This document shows positions 38,939 to 53,062 of a stretch of DNA of 64,000 nt, piece after piece. The stretch lies in contig OZ024753.1 in the NCBI GenBank assembly GCA_964016885.1, forward strand, positions 42,346,001 through 42,410,000, written 5' to 3'. The position numbers and the translations under genes were made by a program. Every line of letters begins with the position of its first letter. The stretch's first letter is position 1. The notes below the pieces were generated by a model, which saw nothing but the letters and a program-made list of their open reading frames with translations, ran no database searches and was not told the origin of the DNA. The stretch comes from Eledone cirrhosa (lineage: Eukaryota).

Positions 38939-39544
38939 ATATATATATATATATATACACACATATGTATGTATGTGTGTGTGTATATATATATATATAT
39001 TAGTATGATCAAGTTTTTTTTTTCCATCCAGGAAATAAGCAAACAAGAGGAACGCAGTGAATAAGAATAAGGAAGGGGAGGAGGAGGGCGTTACCCAGAA
39101 TTCCCGTCTCTCTCTCACCAGAGTAAATATGGCGGCAATGATTAGAAGAGTTAAAGAGGGACTATGGAAGTCAGTCTTACACACTTCTTTCTGATTTTAC
39201 GCAAGAATTCACACCACCCACCACTATATACAAAACCTCTTCGATCTGTCTACTTATGCGATGCATGGATGGACAAACAAAAATATATATATTAGCTCCA
39301 TTACGAAATTACTTTAATAATATTTTAAGTTACGTTAACAGTTAACAGTTGCTGGTTGTGTCCTCAATGGATAAGATTTAAAAAAAAAGGAAGGAGGAAG
39401 ACACAAAAAAAAAACTATGTACAAAACAGATGGTTATACAATGCATGGATGGATAATTAATTAAAAAAAAAAAAAATGAAAATTTAGATTTAATACAAAT
39501 TATATTTTACAAATAATATTCTCGTTTGTGTTGTCTTTTTTTAC

Positions 39545-39622
39545 CTTAACATTTGCTGGTGGCTCCTCAAATGTTAACAGCATGTATCTGTCCCATCTAC
39601 AGACTGGATCCCGAGAACGTAT
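39545..39622 (-). CDS. INTS6: INTS6 exon 2
   Basis: IRSRDPVCRWDRYMLLTFEEPPANVK. Confidence 0.95.
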
Positions 39623-39905
39623 CTATAACAATAAATATATATTTACATACACACACAGACATATAATGTATTTATATATATATTTATATGTTTATATAAT
39701 ATATTTACAAACTAATTACAGTAAATTTTACGGGTGGGTAATAATAATTTAAGAAAAAAAAAAAAACTATAACTATACATATATATTATATATAAAGAAT
39801 ATAGATCTATTATGCTGCTTTTATATCTATATATATATATATATATATACACATATATTATATATATAAAGGATATAGATGTATTATGATGCTTATATAA
39901 ACGTA

Positions 39906-40011
39906 TACACATAGGTGTCCACAAAAATGTATACACACTTCAATACCATTCTAATAAATATTGCCTAACAGGTAATCAAAGTGAGTATACACTTTTTTGG
40001 GACACCCTGTA
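39906..40011. mobile_element. Tc1-type MITE (about 105 bp)
   Basis: TIRs ggtgtccacaaaaatgtatac / gtatacacttttttgggacaccctgta; second copy at 56152..56256. Confidence 0.7.
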
Positions 40012-40645
40012 TATTATATATAAAAAATATAGATCTATTATGCTGCTTAAATAATAAATGTATATATATATATATATAATTAATATAGATGTATCATGTT
40101 GCTTATATAAAAGTATATATATATATATATATATATTATATCTAAAGGATATAGATGTATCATGTTGCTTATATAAAAGTATATATATATATATCTAATA
40201 TATAAAGGATATAGATGTATCATGTTGCTTATATGAAAGTATATATATATATATTATATATAAAGGATATAGATGTAATATGTTGCTTATATAAATGTTA
40301 GTAAAATCGTTGTGTAAGAAGAATATGTAAAATATTGTTAAAGTCTGGACGCTCTTGAAAAACTTAAGAAAGAAGTAAAAATTGATGATTTTTTTGTGTC
40401 CATCCATCATTATGTAAAATATTGAGATGTAACGAATAAAAATATTAAATTATTTGATGAGATGTTCAATAATTTAAGTACTGTAATGTATGATCGTGTA
40501 TGGTTTAGTTTCAGTATATATGTGTGTGTGTGTGTATATGGATGGATGTGTGTGTGTATACGTATGTGTGTGTATATATGTGTGTATGTTTCTGTATATA
40601 TATATGTATGTGAGTGTATATATATTTGTGTGTGTGTATATTTAC

Positions 40646-40756
40646 CTTCATAAATGTTTCAACGGCCGCCTTAGCTACATCTATAAGACTGGTTCCAATA
40701 TAGGTACGTTGGTTCATCGATGAACTCGTATCGATAAGAAATAGTATTATCGTCAT
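40646..40756 (-). CDS. INTS6: INTS6 exon 1 (start; VWA domain)
   Basis: MTIILFLIDTSSSMNQRTYIGTSLIDVAKAAVETFMK (human MPILLFLIDTSASMNQR). The 19 exons sum to 2616 nt, i.e. 871 aa plus stop. Confidence 0.96.
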
Positions 40757-41108
40757 TATTGAATTTGAAATTCAAAGTCTTTTACACTCCCAGAGAAAAA
40801 AAAAACAAACAATTCTTTGTCCGATCGATCGAAATTCTAATGTTAAGATAGAAACTTGTGTATTGTGTATGTTTGTACATACATACACTTGTAAAATATT
40901 ATAGCACGACGAATTCGTCACATAATGATAATTATTATAATAATATTAATAATCCTTATCTAATAATATCACATATATGTATTAATATTGGTGTATGGAA
41001 TAATGATCGACATGAGAGATGTTGTTTCGTGTGGTGGTGGTGCTATGATATGATAGATAATGTTTTTCCCCACGATCAAAATGGAATAATCCCACTATAT
41101 ATATATAT

Positions 41109-41153
<45 letters not shown>

Positions 41154-41711
41154 ATTATATGTCTATTATATATATATGAGACACTCTAGCATGTCTATCT
41201 ATCATCAATGGCGGAGACAAGCAATGGCAGCAGTAATATATCAGAAGGAATGACAAATAAAAAGATTCACTCGACTACTAACTACCACTCTTTTCCTTGT
41301 CACTGAAAATATTTTTTCTTACTCCTACTGCGATGTCTTTATAAGTTAATGGAAAGAAGAGAAATAGTTTTGTCGAAAGAAAAACTGTCATTTCGTTAGC
41401 CAAGTCTCGTTAACGATAACGGAAGTTGTTTTATGCGGAATTATTTTGTTGTTAGTTTAATATTATATGACAAAATATATTTCTATCTGTGCTGGGACTT
41501 ATATATGTATAAAAAAATTAAATTATATTTATATTATTCTAAATAAAGTTTATTATAATAAATGTGGCCAATCTTTCGTAAGAGGTTTGATGGAATGTAA
41601 ACAATGAAATGAACATTAAAGATCAGCCCCCCCCCCCTCTCTCTCTCTCTCTTTATCTATCTATCTATCTATCTATCTATTCACACATACATACACACAC
41701 ACACACACACA

Positions 41712-41765
<54 letters not shown>

Positions 41766-42289
41766 TACATAGAGAGAAACTCTAGCGCCCCTTACAGCGT
41801 CTGCTCCCACATTTTTTTTGTGTTTTTTTCTCTTTCAGATGTAAATTATTTATTAAAAAAGATTTGTCCGTTTACCTAACCATTTATTACGCCCTCTATA
41901 TCATCATTATCATCATCACCATTTAACGTCCACTTTTCCCACTGTAGCATGGGTTAGACGACTTGTCCCGTTGTGAGTCAAGCCAGATCAGGTGACCATG
42001 TCTTGCTCATACAGAACTGTTTCTAGCTTGGTTTGTACGGTTGGATGCCCTTCCTAACGCCAACCACATTTACAGTGTGTACTTTGTGCTGGGATGGGGA
42101 TTGGAGAGGTAGATCTAAGATGGTAATAACTCTACATTTGGAACAAGTCCAGCAATTTGAAGGAAAGGGGAAAGTCGATTATATTAGATCCACTACTTAA
42201 CTGGTACTTTATTTGATCAACTCCCCCTTCCCCCCAGAAGGATGAAAGGGAAAGTTGACTTCGGTGAGATTTGAACTCAGAGTGTATAG

Positions 42290-43500
42290 AGCCAAGCTAG
42301 GTTGTGAAGCAGTCGGCCATGCCACATCAGCTTTTACCAACATGTGTTTAGAGATCCCCAAGATCATTCATAAACTGGATCTGAAGAATGCCTTCAACTC
42401 TATCAGTCGTGATGTCATGCTCTTCTCAGTAAAGGAGAGGGCTCCACAGCTCTACCACTTTGCTTGGCAGGCTTATTAGGAGCCCTCCTACCTCTCCTTT
42501 GGTGATCATCTCATCCTATCTGCCTTAGGAGTCCAACAAGGTGACATGCTTGGACTTGCTCTATTTGCACTGGGCAGCATTGATGATGTTATTTAGATAG
42601 GGGTTGACCTGGATTTGAATGTCTGGTATCTTGACGATTCTATTTTTTGTTTTTGAAGGGGTATCCTTTCAGATAAGATCCTTTGAACTGCGAAGAAAAT
42701 GATTGAGGAATTTGGTCTTAGGGGCCTTCATGTTAACAGTTCCAAATGTGAGCTTTGGCTCCTCAACCACCCAACTTCGCAACATCAGCAGAATGTAGAC
42801 CTGTTTACAGAATCCTTCTCCTCTATTCCAGTACATCCCTCATTGACATGCTGCTCTCCAAATACTCATCTACCTTTTGAGCCGATCTTTCTATCAAATA
42901 TCTATCCTTGCTTTTCTGTGGTGGGTTACATCCTTTCCTTTCAAACATGGACTAGTTTCAACAGAGAGATGGATAAAGCTCTACTACAATGAAAGGAGTT
43001 AGGCTTGTCAGTTTTTGAGACTGAGGAGGTTAGACTGAAGCAGAGAGTCTGGGATAATTTCCATTCAAAAGACACCTTCAACATTCTCTTTGATTAATCT
43101 GATCAACTCTCAAGGTGTCGCCTACATTTTGCAAGCACAAAATTCTCAGGGGACTGAGTTGATGCCCCGCTTGTGGTCAACATCAGTGGCCAACTCAGTC
43201 TGGATGAGCTCTGCATCTTCATTGCACTCAGAGTGAGGGAGCTCATGTCTGTTGAGGACTGAAATGATGCTGTGGTAGGGTCCTTGATTCATCAGTTCTC
43301 CATAGTTTGTCTTGCTGCCTGAATGCTGGTCAATTTTCTTACCTCACCAAGCAACATTCAATTATTAAGTAGGCCCTGGCTCAGGTAAATATCTACTGAA
43401 TTCTAGAGCCAGCTGGATTATCTAGAGTTGATGGGAACTTGATTGTCCATAGTTGTCCTTCAGTAAGAGGTAGATGTCTCATTTGACATGCCACAGTCAT
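42290..43500 (+). mobile_element. Decayed non-LTR retrotransposon, CRE-like clade (RT plus restriction-like endonuclease region)
   Basis: GCEAVGHA, KLDLKNAFNSISRD, GVQQGDMLGLALF, WYLDD, GLHVNSSKCE and a downstream LEPAGLSRVDG; multiple stops and frameshifts. Confidence 0.8.
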
Positions 43501-44233
43501 TATCTTTAATGTCTTATTAAAGAAATAATTGTTAATTTTAGTAAATATCTCAAAATATTCTTCATGAGTTAATTGAATTAGAGTGTTGCTAATTAGAAAT
43601 AGATTGTGTTTTATTAGAAATATACCAAGTATATATATATATATTAGTGTTGGTTGATTAACTAACACAAAATATACCAAGTAAGTGGTTGGTGATAGGA
43701 AGGGCATCTATCTGTAGAAAGCCTGCCAAACAAAAGGTTGAGAGGACCCTTCAGTCTTGTCAAAGACATGACAGCCTCCGTAGAGTTGGTGATCTACATG
43801 ATAAAAGCACCAACTACATTCTGTAAAATGGTTTGGGATAGGAAAGCCATACAGTTGTGGAAATCTTGCCAAATAAAGGGTTGGAAGGACCCTCAGTTGT
43901 GAGACCCTCAGTAGAACGTGAGACCCTACATAAGCGAAACAACAGATCCCTGGCAAAGAAAATCCCCATCCTAACTGGACCCTCCACCACATGGTAAATA
44001 ATGTTATTATATTTTAACCCATGGTAAATGTCAATGTCTATATAATAATTATAATATATTCTTCATCAGGTAAATTACATTCTATAATATTACTTATTAA
44101 AAACTGTTTTATTTCTTATACGAGAGTATCTTGGTCAGCCTGTGAACTTTTCAACCAACCCTCATATATATATATATATAAATATGAGGGTTTTTTGAAA
44201 TATTCACTTCTGCGTTTACAGATTGACTTTGTT

Positions 44234-44284
44234 AGTTTCAGAAGATCCCGTTAAGGGTGAAAGCAGCGATTCTTTGCTTAAACT
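44234..44284 (+). ncRNA. Degenerate hammerhead motif
   Basis: agttt-CAGAAGA-tcccgttaagggt-GAAA-gca..tgc-TT^-aaact; core U4 is mutated. Related fold-back at 11525..11615. Confidence 0.4.
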
Positions 44285-44792
44285 TTAATCTGTTATTTTA
44301 ATAAATATATATATATATATATAACAAAGGAATTGTGGTAAGGAACCAGATGGACCATAACGCACCAGAGTACTCACTACTTAGGGTAGTAGAGTGGGAA
44401 TAGGAAAAAGTATGACCCCGACGGCAGAGCTCAAGCCGTTTCGACGGCTATTATTAACCTGCAATTGTAAGATAGCATTGTGATTTTTTTTTATTCATTT
44501 CTCACTATCTAATTTTATATATTTTTTTTTATTTCTTTCTATTATCTTTTATTGTCTCCTACTCTCATTCGATTTACCTATTCTATAACCGCCCTCCTCC
44601 CTTTCATACACTATCCTTAGAATCTACTGTTTACATATCACTTTCAACGCTTGACCGCTCCACTCAGTCCCCTATTGTTCTACAAGCAAGTTCAGCCACC
44701 CCTACCGCCCACCAAATGCCACGATAGACTTATTTGTGTTTACAACACATTTTAACCAATCCTTTTGACAACTACAATCTTCCAATATAAGG

Positions 44793-44900
44793 AAGTACCC
44801 CCTTGAAAAGTTCGGCTATTTATTCACCAGGCTAAAAATTCTAATTTAGTCCAGAAATAGCTGTCGAAACGGCTTGAGCTCTGCCGTCGGGGTCATACTT
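44793..44900 (+). ncRNA. Extended type I hammerhead ribozyme, U3-A8 core variant
   Basis: aagta-ccccc-TTGAAAA(44803)-g..cggctattt..aaatagctg.c-GAAA(44866)-cggc..gccg-TC^(44888)-gggg-tca-tactt. Confidence 0.72.
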
Positions 44901-44945
<45 letters not shown>

Positions 44946-45154
44946 AAGTTTTATTTAAATTGTTGGGTTACAACGAGTAAATATTTATAACTGATATAAA
45001 AGCACTCAACAAGTATTTGGAGTATATTTACGATATTAAATAAATGGAAACGATATTAAATAAATGGATACCATATTCTTAATATGATATCCCTGAAATA
45101 TATATAATGAAATAAATATGGTTTTATAAATATAGTTTCCATTTATTTAATATC

Positions 45155-45199
<45 letters not shown>

Positions 45200-45380
45200 C
45201 ATAATTTACTCCTAATCTGTCGTCTGCTATTCCATCTTAGATGTCGTTTCACATTTTAAACTCGTGTTTGTTTTTATGAAACCAATATTTATTTTAACAC
45301 CTTGCATTCAAATAATTTATATTCTTTCGAAGAAAGCAGGGAAGAGCGGACGTAAAATGATGATGATGATGATGATGATG

Positions 45381-45734
<354 letters not shown>

Positions 45735-45792
45735 AGACTTAGCACTATCCTATAAACAAGTGCTATTATGTCTCTAATCATTGTACCTTATT

Positions 45793-45858
45793 TTTTATCT
45801 GAAGAGAACACAACATCTGTCGCAGGATGATTTTGTATTCGAAATACGTATAATAAAA
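45793..45858 (+). ncRNA. Type I minimal hammerhead ribozyme motif
   Basis: ttttat-CTGAAGA(45799)-gaacacaa..ttgtattc-GAAA(45841)-TACGTA-TA^-ataaaa. Confidence 0.8.
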
Positions 45859-45891
45859 TGTATGGAACTATTATAACCATCTTTATTTCAT

Positions 45892-45954
<63 letters not shown>

Positions 45955-46057
45955 TTCAAAATATTAATAAATATAGACATTCAACGTAATCAAAATATAT
46001 TTTATTATATATATTTCTGAGGTACTGTGCTGTTGAGGTATGTCATACATCAATTTA

Positions 46058-46128
46058 TATATTTTATCTGACGAGGACGTACTGAAAAAACAGCATTAGT
46101 ACCTCCGAAATATATATAATAAAATATA
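46058..46128 (+). ncRNA. Type I minimal hammerhead ribozyme motif
   Basis: tatattttat-CTGACGA(46068)-ggacgtact..agtacctcc-GAAA(46107)-TATATA-TA^-ataaaatata; inverted partial copy at 45950..46027. Confidence 0.8.
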
Positions 46129-46228
46129 TTTTGATTACGTTGAATGTCTATATTTATTAATATTTCGAATTAATATTAATAACTCCAGAAAACTTTCTTT
46201 GTTGAGTGCTTCTAATCTATTGTAAAAC

Positions 46229-46275
<47 letters not shown>

Positions 46276-46630
46276 GAGGGAAAATTATATACAGAGAGTG
46301 GGTAAGTCAGAAAGAGGTTGATAGATAAAGAGAGTTATAGAGAGTGGGTAAGTAAGAAAGAGGTAGACAGATACAGAGAGATATAGAGAGTGGGTAAGTG
46401 AGACAGAGGTAGATAGATAGAGAGAATTATAGAGAGTGAGTGAGAGGAGAGAAAGAATTATTTTGACTGAAAAAAAACAAGCAAAAACAAACATTAAAAT
46501 ATCGATGGCGATTGAAAAGTTTATTTTCAATGAATTATTTGAACAAAATTAATCAAAAATGGAGCCAAGAATAGGACCACGCAGCAACAAAGGTAAACGT
46601 ATTTTATTGTATTGTAATATTTATATACTT

Positions 46631-46975
46631 TACGAGGGTCGACTTGAAAAGTTCTTATGTTGACTATGAAGGAATGACGCTAGAGCTGTGAAATCTTGCA
46701 TGTCATTAATTACATTAATTTCAAATCTTATTATTATTAACCTTGCCTTTCATCTTTATGGAGGTTCGATAAAATAAAGTACCAGTAACGCAATGGAGGT
46801 TGATTAATCGATTTTTCCCCCTCACCCCCAAATTGTTGGTCTTGTGTCTGAATCAGAAACAATTCTTAATAACTACATTGTTTCTCTCCGGGCACTGTGT
46901 TGAAAAATAAACCTCATTTGGTCATTCCATGAGAGTATCTTCGTCAGTCTAAGAAGCTTTCAGGCGACCATCGTA
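46631..46975. mobile_element. Mariner-type MITE with a nested SINE fragment
   Basis: tacgagggtcgacttgaaaagtt ... ctttcaggcgaccatcgta; homologous to 2627..2826 in the opposite orientation. Confidence 0.7.
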
Positions 46976-47054
46976 TTTAAAATAAACACAAAAACATTGT
47001 TTTCTCTTTTCAATTAATATTATTTGTTACAAGTACCATTTATTTCCCGTTACT

Positions 47055-48545
47055 CCAGTTTACTCAACTGTAGAAATTAGTTGCCATGTCACTGGTGCCA
47101 AGCTGTATCAGCCATTATCTTGGACAACATCATATATAATGTATATATAGTAAACACAGTGTGTAATGATATATATTGTATATATAGTAAACATAGTGTG
47201 TATATAATGTATATTGTATATATATATATAGTGTGTATATATACTGTCAGGGGTATGTATATATACTCAACTGTAGAAATTAGTTGCCATGTCACTGGTG
47301 CCAAGCTGTATCAGCCATTATCTTGGACAACATCATATATAATGTATATATAGTAAACACAGTGTGTAATGATATATATTGTATATATAGTAAACATAGT
47401 GTGTATATAATGTATATTGTATATATATAGTGTGTGTATATATATATATATACTGTGTATAGTGTGTATATATACTGTCAGTGGTATGTATATATACTCA
47501 GCTGTAGAAATTAGTTGCCATATCACTGGTGCCAAGCGCTATCGACCATTATCTTGGACAACATCTTATATGATGTATATATAGTAAACATAGTGTGTAT
47601 ATGAAATGTATTGTATATATAGTGTGTATAGTGTGTATATATACTGTCAATGGTATGTATATATACTCAGCTGTAGAAATTATTTGCGATGTTTGGTGCC
47701 AAGCTCTATCGGCCATTCTCTTGGACAACATATATAGCGTATATATGCTGTACATAGTGTGTATATAATGTATATATAATGTACATATTGGATATATTTG
47801 TGTTCATCAACATTATATTTGTAATGTTATTCTGAAATAATTGCGAGCAATTTGTAATGTTATATATATATATATATATATAATTTAACTAAAAATGTAT
47901 ATATAGTGTACATAGTGGATATATAATGTATATATAGTGTGTGTTTTGATGTCACTGGTGCCAAGCTGTATTGGCCATTGCCTTTCTCTTGGACAACATC
48001 ATATATAGTGTATATATATACTGTACATACTCTATATATAATGTACATAGTCTATATATAATGTATATATATTGTCTATATGAGTTGAGATGTCATTGGT
48101 GCCAAGCTGTCTTGGTCATTGCCATTCTCTTGGACAACATCATATATAGTGTATATATAATGTACGTAGTGTGTATATAATGTATATATAGTGTATATAT
48201 TTGTGTTTATCAACGACATTATATTTGTAATTTTATTCTGAAGGAATTGTGAACAATTTGTAGTGTTATATATATATTTATATATATACTATTTAATAAA
48301 AAAAATGTATATATAGTGTACATAGTGGATATACAATGTATATATAGTGTGTTTTGACGTCACTGGTACCAAGCTGTATCGGTCATTATCTTTCTCTTGG
48401 ACAACACCAGTGACATAGAGAGGAGAGACTGGTATATATGACCGACTACTGGTCTTCCACGAAAACACCTTGCCCAGACTTATGCCTCGGAGGGGAACTT
48501 TCTAGATTCCCTTGATCATTCGTGACGGAAGGGGGTCTTTACACC
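47055..48545 (+). repeat. Tandem array (about 7 units, mostly 170-230 bp) of a SINE segment plus a TA/TG tract
   Basis: Repeated gtcactggtgccaagctgtatc..ttggacaacatc; the last unit continues into a SINE body homologous to 13370..13580. Confidence 0.85.
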
Positions 48546-48624
48546 AAAATTAGACTTTTCCTGACACATTTTTTGTCAAAAAGGGTGTGTATTATACACG
48601 GAAGAATACGGTATATGAAAATAT

Positions 48625-48790
48625 AATTGTTTCTTCTTTTTGGCACAAGGCTAGCAATTATCCCAGTGTATTACTGGTACTTTATTTTATCGACCCCATA
48701 AGGATGAAAGGCAAAGTTAACTTCGGCGGGATTTGAACTCAGTCCGTAAAGGGCCGTAATTCTATGCTGCAAAGCATGGTGTCCTACCGA
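48625..48790 (-). mobile_element. tRNA-derived SINE (family A)
   Basis: Reverse complement of the 8973..9159 family. Confidence 0.8.
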
Positions 48791-49585
48791 TACTAATACA
48801 TTTATAAATGTTTATCTACCGTTATCCACATTTCCCTGCCATATGATGGGTAACACTGTCTGTCGGCCTCTTTGTCTGTATGTATGTATGGACAGGTCAT
48901 TCCTGATGCAGTTTTAGGGACGCCATAGTGACGTAAGCATTTTAAACTTGGCGGAACTCGTCCCTCTCCATATTTGAACTCAGCCAATTTCTTCCAGAGA
49001 AAGAAAGGGAAAAAGAGAAAAAATATAGAGAAAGAATCGATTTCAATACTGAAGTGGAATATATATTTTATAGACCTTGAAAAGACGAAAGGCAAGTGAG
49101 GAAACATTCGATTAATGTTAATATCGATTGACCTTGCTGTTTGTATCGAATATTTGCAGGGAGATAACTGCTTGCTTATTATTTATCAAGGGAGACAACT
49201 TGAATCAAAACTTTTTATATAAAGGGAAATAACTCATTTATCTTGCCAATCGCTGGTAGGTGCATCGAAATTTACACATGAGAAATGCAACTTTCATAAG
49301 GGAAGATCTAAATATGTTGTTCACTGATTTCTTTTATAATATGACTCTAATGTCAGGGTTTGTCTATACCTATTGTATGGTCTAAAGTTACAAACTATTA
49401 TGCATTCATAAAAGCAGACATGGCTGTGTGGTTAAGGAGTTCGATTCGTAATTACATGGCTCTGAGTTTATTCTCACTACGTGGCAGTTTCGACAAATGT
49501 TTTCTCCTATAACCTCGGGTTGACCAAGTCATTGAGAGTGGAATATTTAGTAGATGGAAACTGCAGACGTCGCCATGTACACACA

Positions 49586-49628
<43 letters not shown>

Positions 49629-49720
49629 ACGTTTGTGTCTGTGTTTGTCTCGTAACGTAGCAGTCCGACAAAAAAATACGGAGATCGATAAAATAAGTAT
49701 CTGACTTGACACTGTCTATC

Positions 49721-49773
<53 letters not shown>

Positions 49774-50097
49774 CAGAGAAAATATGTACATTGTCATCAT
49801 CATCATCATCATCGTGTGTGTGTTGATTATTTATATGTCTGCTGTACCCAGCGTTTCCACAAATGGATATCAATAAAATAAATACCAATGTTATATAAAA
49901 CGGTCTGGGGTTGATATAATCGACTATATCCGTTGAAAGTTGTGCCCCAGTATGGCCGCTTCTGACGATTGAAAGCAGTAAAAAATATATATACTCCCAC
50001 TAAAGTAAAACTATATATATACTCCTACTAAAGTAAATATATATACTCCACTAAAGTAAAAATATTTTCCCCACTAAAGTAAAAATATTATATATAT

Positions 50098-50280
50098 TGG
50101 TTTGGCAGTATCGGTAGAGGGTCGGACGCCATGCTTTCCAGCATAGTTACGCCCCTTTACGATCTGAGTTCAAATCCCGCCGAGGTTGACTTTGCCTTTC
50201 ATCCTTACGGGGTCGATAAAATAAAGTACCAGTAATGCACTGGGATAATTGCTGGCCTTGTGCCTAAAGTAGAAACAATT
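50098..50280 (+). mobile_element. tRNA-derived SINE (family A)
   Basis: Near-identical to 8973..9159. Confidence 0.85.
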
Positions 50281-50757
50281 ATATATATGTCTGTATGCAT
50301 GTGTTTACTGTTGATGGACGCAGGAACGAGTACTCAATACTATAGTAGAGATACATAGTTTCATTAGGGTCGAACCAGTGTCCTGTTATTCTGGTGTTTT
50401 TCCTGTGTATTCACATGGTCATCAATCGCGCAGGTGAAACTCATCCTTCATAAAACTAGATTATAACAGCTTTATTAACTTTATTATATAGAAACTATGT
50501 AAATATGACAGCTGTAGTTTGATGACATCCGTCTTCCTCTTCCTCCATATCGTGGTTGTTACAGTCTATATCAGGTTTGCCGACGGTGGGGTGTGCTTTG
50601 GTTTGACAGAAGTCATGAATACAGATTGGCTTTCAATTTAGAGTGTTTGCTGATTGTTTGTAGACACTCACTGGAGCAATAACGCTATACGTATATAACT
50701 TTATATATATGTGTGTGTGTGTGTATTATATATATATATATATACACACGCATATAT

Positions 50758-50804
<47 letters not shown>

Positions 50805-50913
50805 AATACATGCATATATACATACATATATATACATAGATACACACACCCACACACATATATATATAAATACATGCATATATACATATATATACATACA
50901 TACACGCACCCAG

Positions 50914-50949
<36 letters not shown>

Positions 50950-51149
50950 GATATTTATAATGGCTTCGTTTTGAACATAGCACTTAAAATCAGACAGAGA
51001 AAGATTATATTTACTGCGAATCGAATGATTAGAACTGTCTAAAGAACAATGGAATAAAGTCTAAAGTAGAACGAGAACAACAGAATATTACAGTTTCAGT
51101 CTTGAAGGCAGACGATAAATTCAAAATATTGTCTCAAGTAAACAGACAG

Positions 51150-51595
51150 CTAGTTGTAGTAGTTGTTGTAGTAGTAGTAGTAGTGGTGGTGTTGGTGGTG
51201 GTGGTGGTGGTGGTATTAGTGGTGTTGGTGGTGGTAGTGGTGGTGGTGATAGTGGTGGTAGTGGTGGTGGTGGTATTGGTGGTGGTATTGGTGGTGGTGG
51301 TGGTGGTAGTGGTGGTGGTGTTGGTGGTGATGGTGGTAGTGGTGGTGGTGGTGGTGGTAGTGGCGGTGGTGGTGGTGGTAGTGGTGATGATGGTGGTGGT
51401 GATGGTGGTAGTAGTAGTAGTAGTGGTAGTGGTGGTAATAGTAGTGGTAATGGTAGTGGTGGTAGTAGTAGTAGGAGTAGTAGTGGTGGTCGTGATGGTG
51501 GTAGTAGTAGTAGTGGTAGTGGTGGTGGTAGTGGTAGCGGTGGTAGTGGTGGTAGTAGTGGTGGTGGTGGTGGTGGTAGTAGTAGTAGTAGTAGA
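51150..51595. repeat. (GTG/GTA)n microsatellite
   Basis: Direct inspection. Confidence 0.95.
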
Positions 51596-52029
51596 AGAAG
51601 AAGGAAATATAGAAGAAAATCAAAGAACAGAGAAATTGTGTGAAAAAAGCTAAAAAGCTAACAAGGAAAGAAAGAAAGAAAGAAACTATAATGTAAGCAG
51701 ATACATGGAAGATAACCTCTTTTGGATAACCTCGTTCGGACCACGAGGTCAATGAATAAATCTCAATACAACCCCCACAACTACACCATCTTCTCCCACA
51801 TCCCCCTCCTCATCTTCTCCCACATCCTCCTCCTCATCTTCCCCATATCGAAAAAATTCTGAAATAAATACTCATATTGAAATGTTATGGAGGAGTCAAG
51901 AAGACTTATCTGTCATTTTGTTTTCTTGTTTAGGTGAAGAAGACAATGATTTTAAAAACAATGATTTTTAAAACAATGATTTTTAAAAACAATGATTTTA
52001 AAAACAGTGATTCATATTTTGTTTTTATA

Positions 52030-52400
52030 TCTAGTTTTAAATACACTCTCTGTTAACCCTATATATGCCATTTCACTGATATGTGATATCAGGGATACAG
52101 GTTTGTAGTTTTTACTGGTTTTAAATATACCCTTACTTAATCTTATATATGACATTTCGCTGATATGTGATGTCAGGGAGACAGGTTTGTAGTTTTTACT
52201 GGTTTTAAATATACTCTTTCGTAACCTTATATATGACATTTCGCTGATATGTGATGTCAGGGAGACAGTTCTGAAGATTTTAGCACCAGCCATGCTTCCT
52301 CCTTTATGGATAGGATATATGCCTTTTTTTTTTAACTTTCCCAATTGTAACTTGTAGTAGAGCTTTGGAAGAGGACCTGCAGTGGTTTTGCTAAGGTTTA
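52030..52400 (-). mobile_element. CR1/L2-like LINE RT fragment with an internal 84-bp triplication
   Basis: IYPIHKGGS...(NYKP)VSLTSHISEM repeated three times; this is the pre-RT NYRPxSL motif. Confidence 0.65.
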
Positions 52401-52574
52401 TTTGCAAGATTTTAGAAGTGTTGCTGGAAACCATTAGGTTCAACTTCTGAATTGGGTCTCATTTTATTTATGGCCTGCATTACAGCTTCCTCCTTTATAT
52501 CTGTGTAATCCATGGTTGTCATTTCTCAGTGTTTGTATATATTTATTGGTATGTACACACACACACATATACAC

Positions 52575-52650
<76 letters not shown>

Positions 52651-52659
52651 GTATATGTT

Positions 52660-52698
<39 letters not shown>

Positions 52699-53062
52699 GT
52701 ATATGTTTGTGTGTATATATATATACACGTATATGTGTATATGTATGCATATCCAAATATGTATATATATGCGTATATGTATATGGGAATGTATATATGT
52801 ACATATATATACATGTGTATATATATATATATATATATATATTTATACATTTGTGTATATACATATATGTATATGCATATGTATGCATGTTTGTATATAA
52901 ATATATATGTACATATATGTATATATATATATATATATATATAAATTTACATATATATATAAAGTCATAGATGTATATGTGTTTTGCAACCGGTTACGTT
53001 GTGGCTCAATGAGAAATTAATAAATAAAATAAAATAATCAGAGCTATATATCATAAAATATG

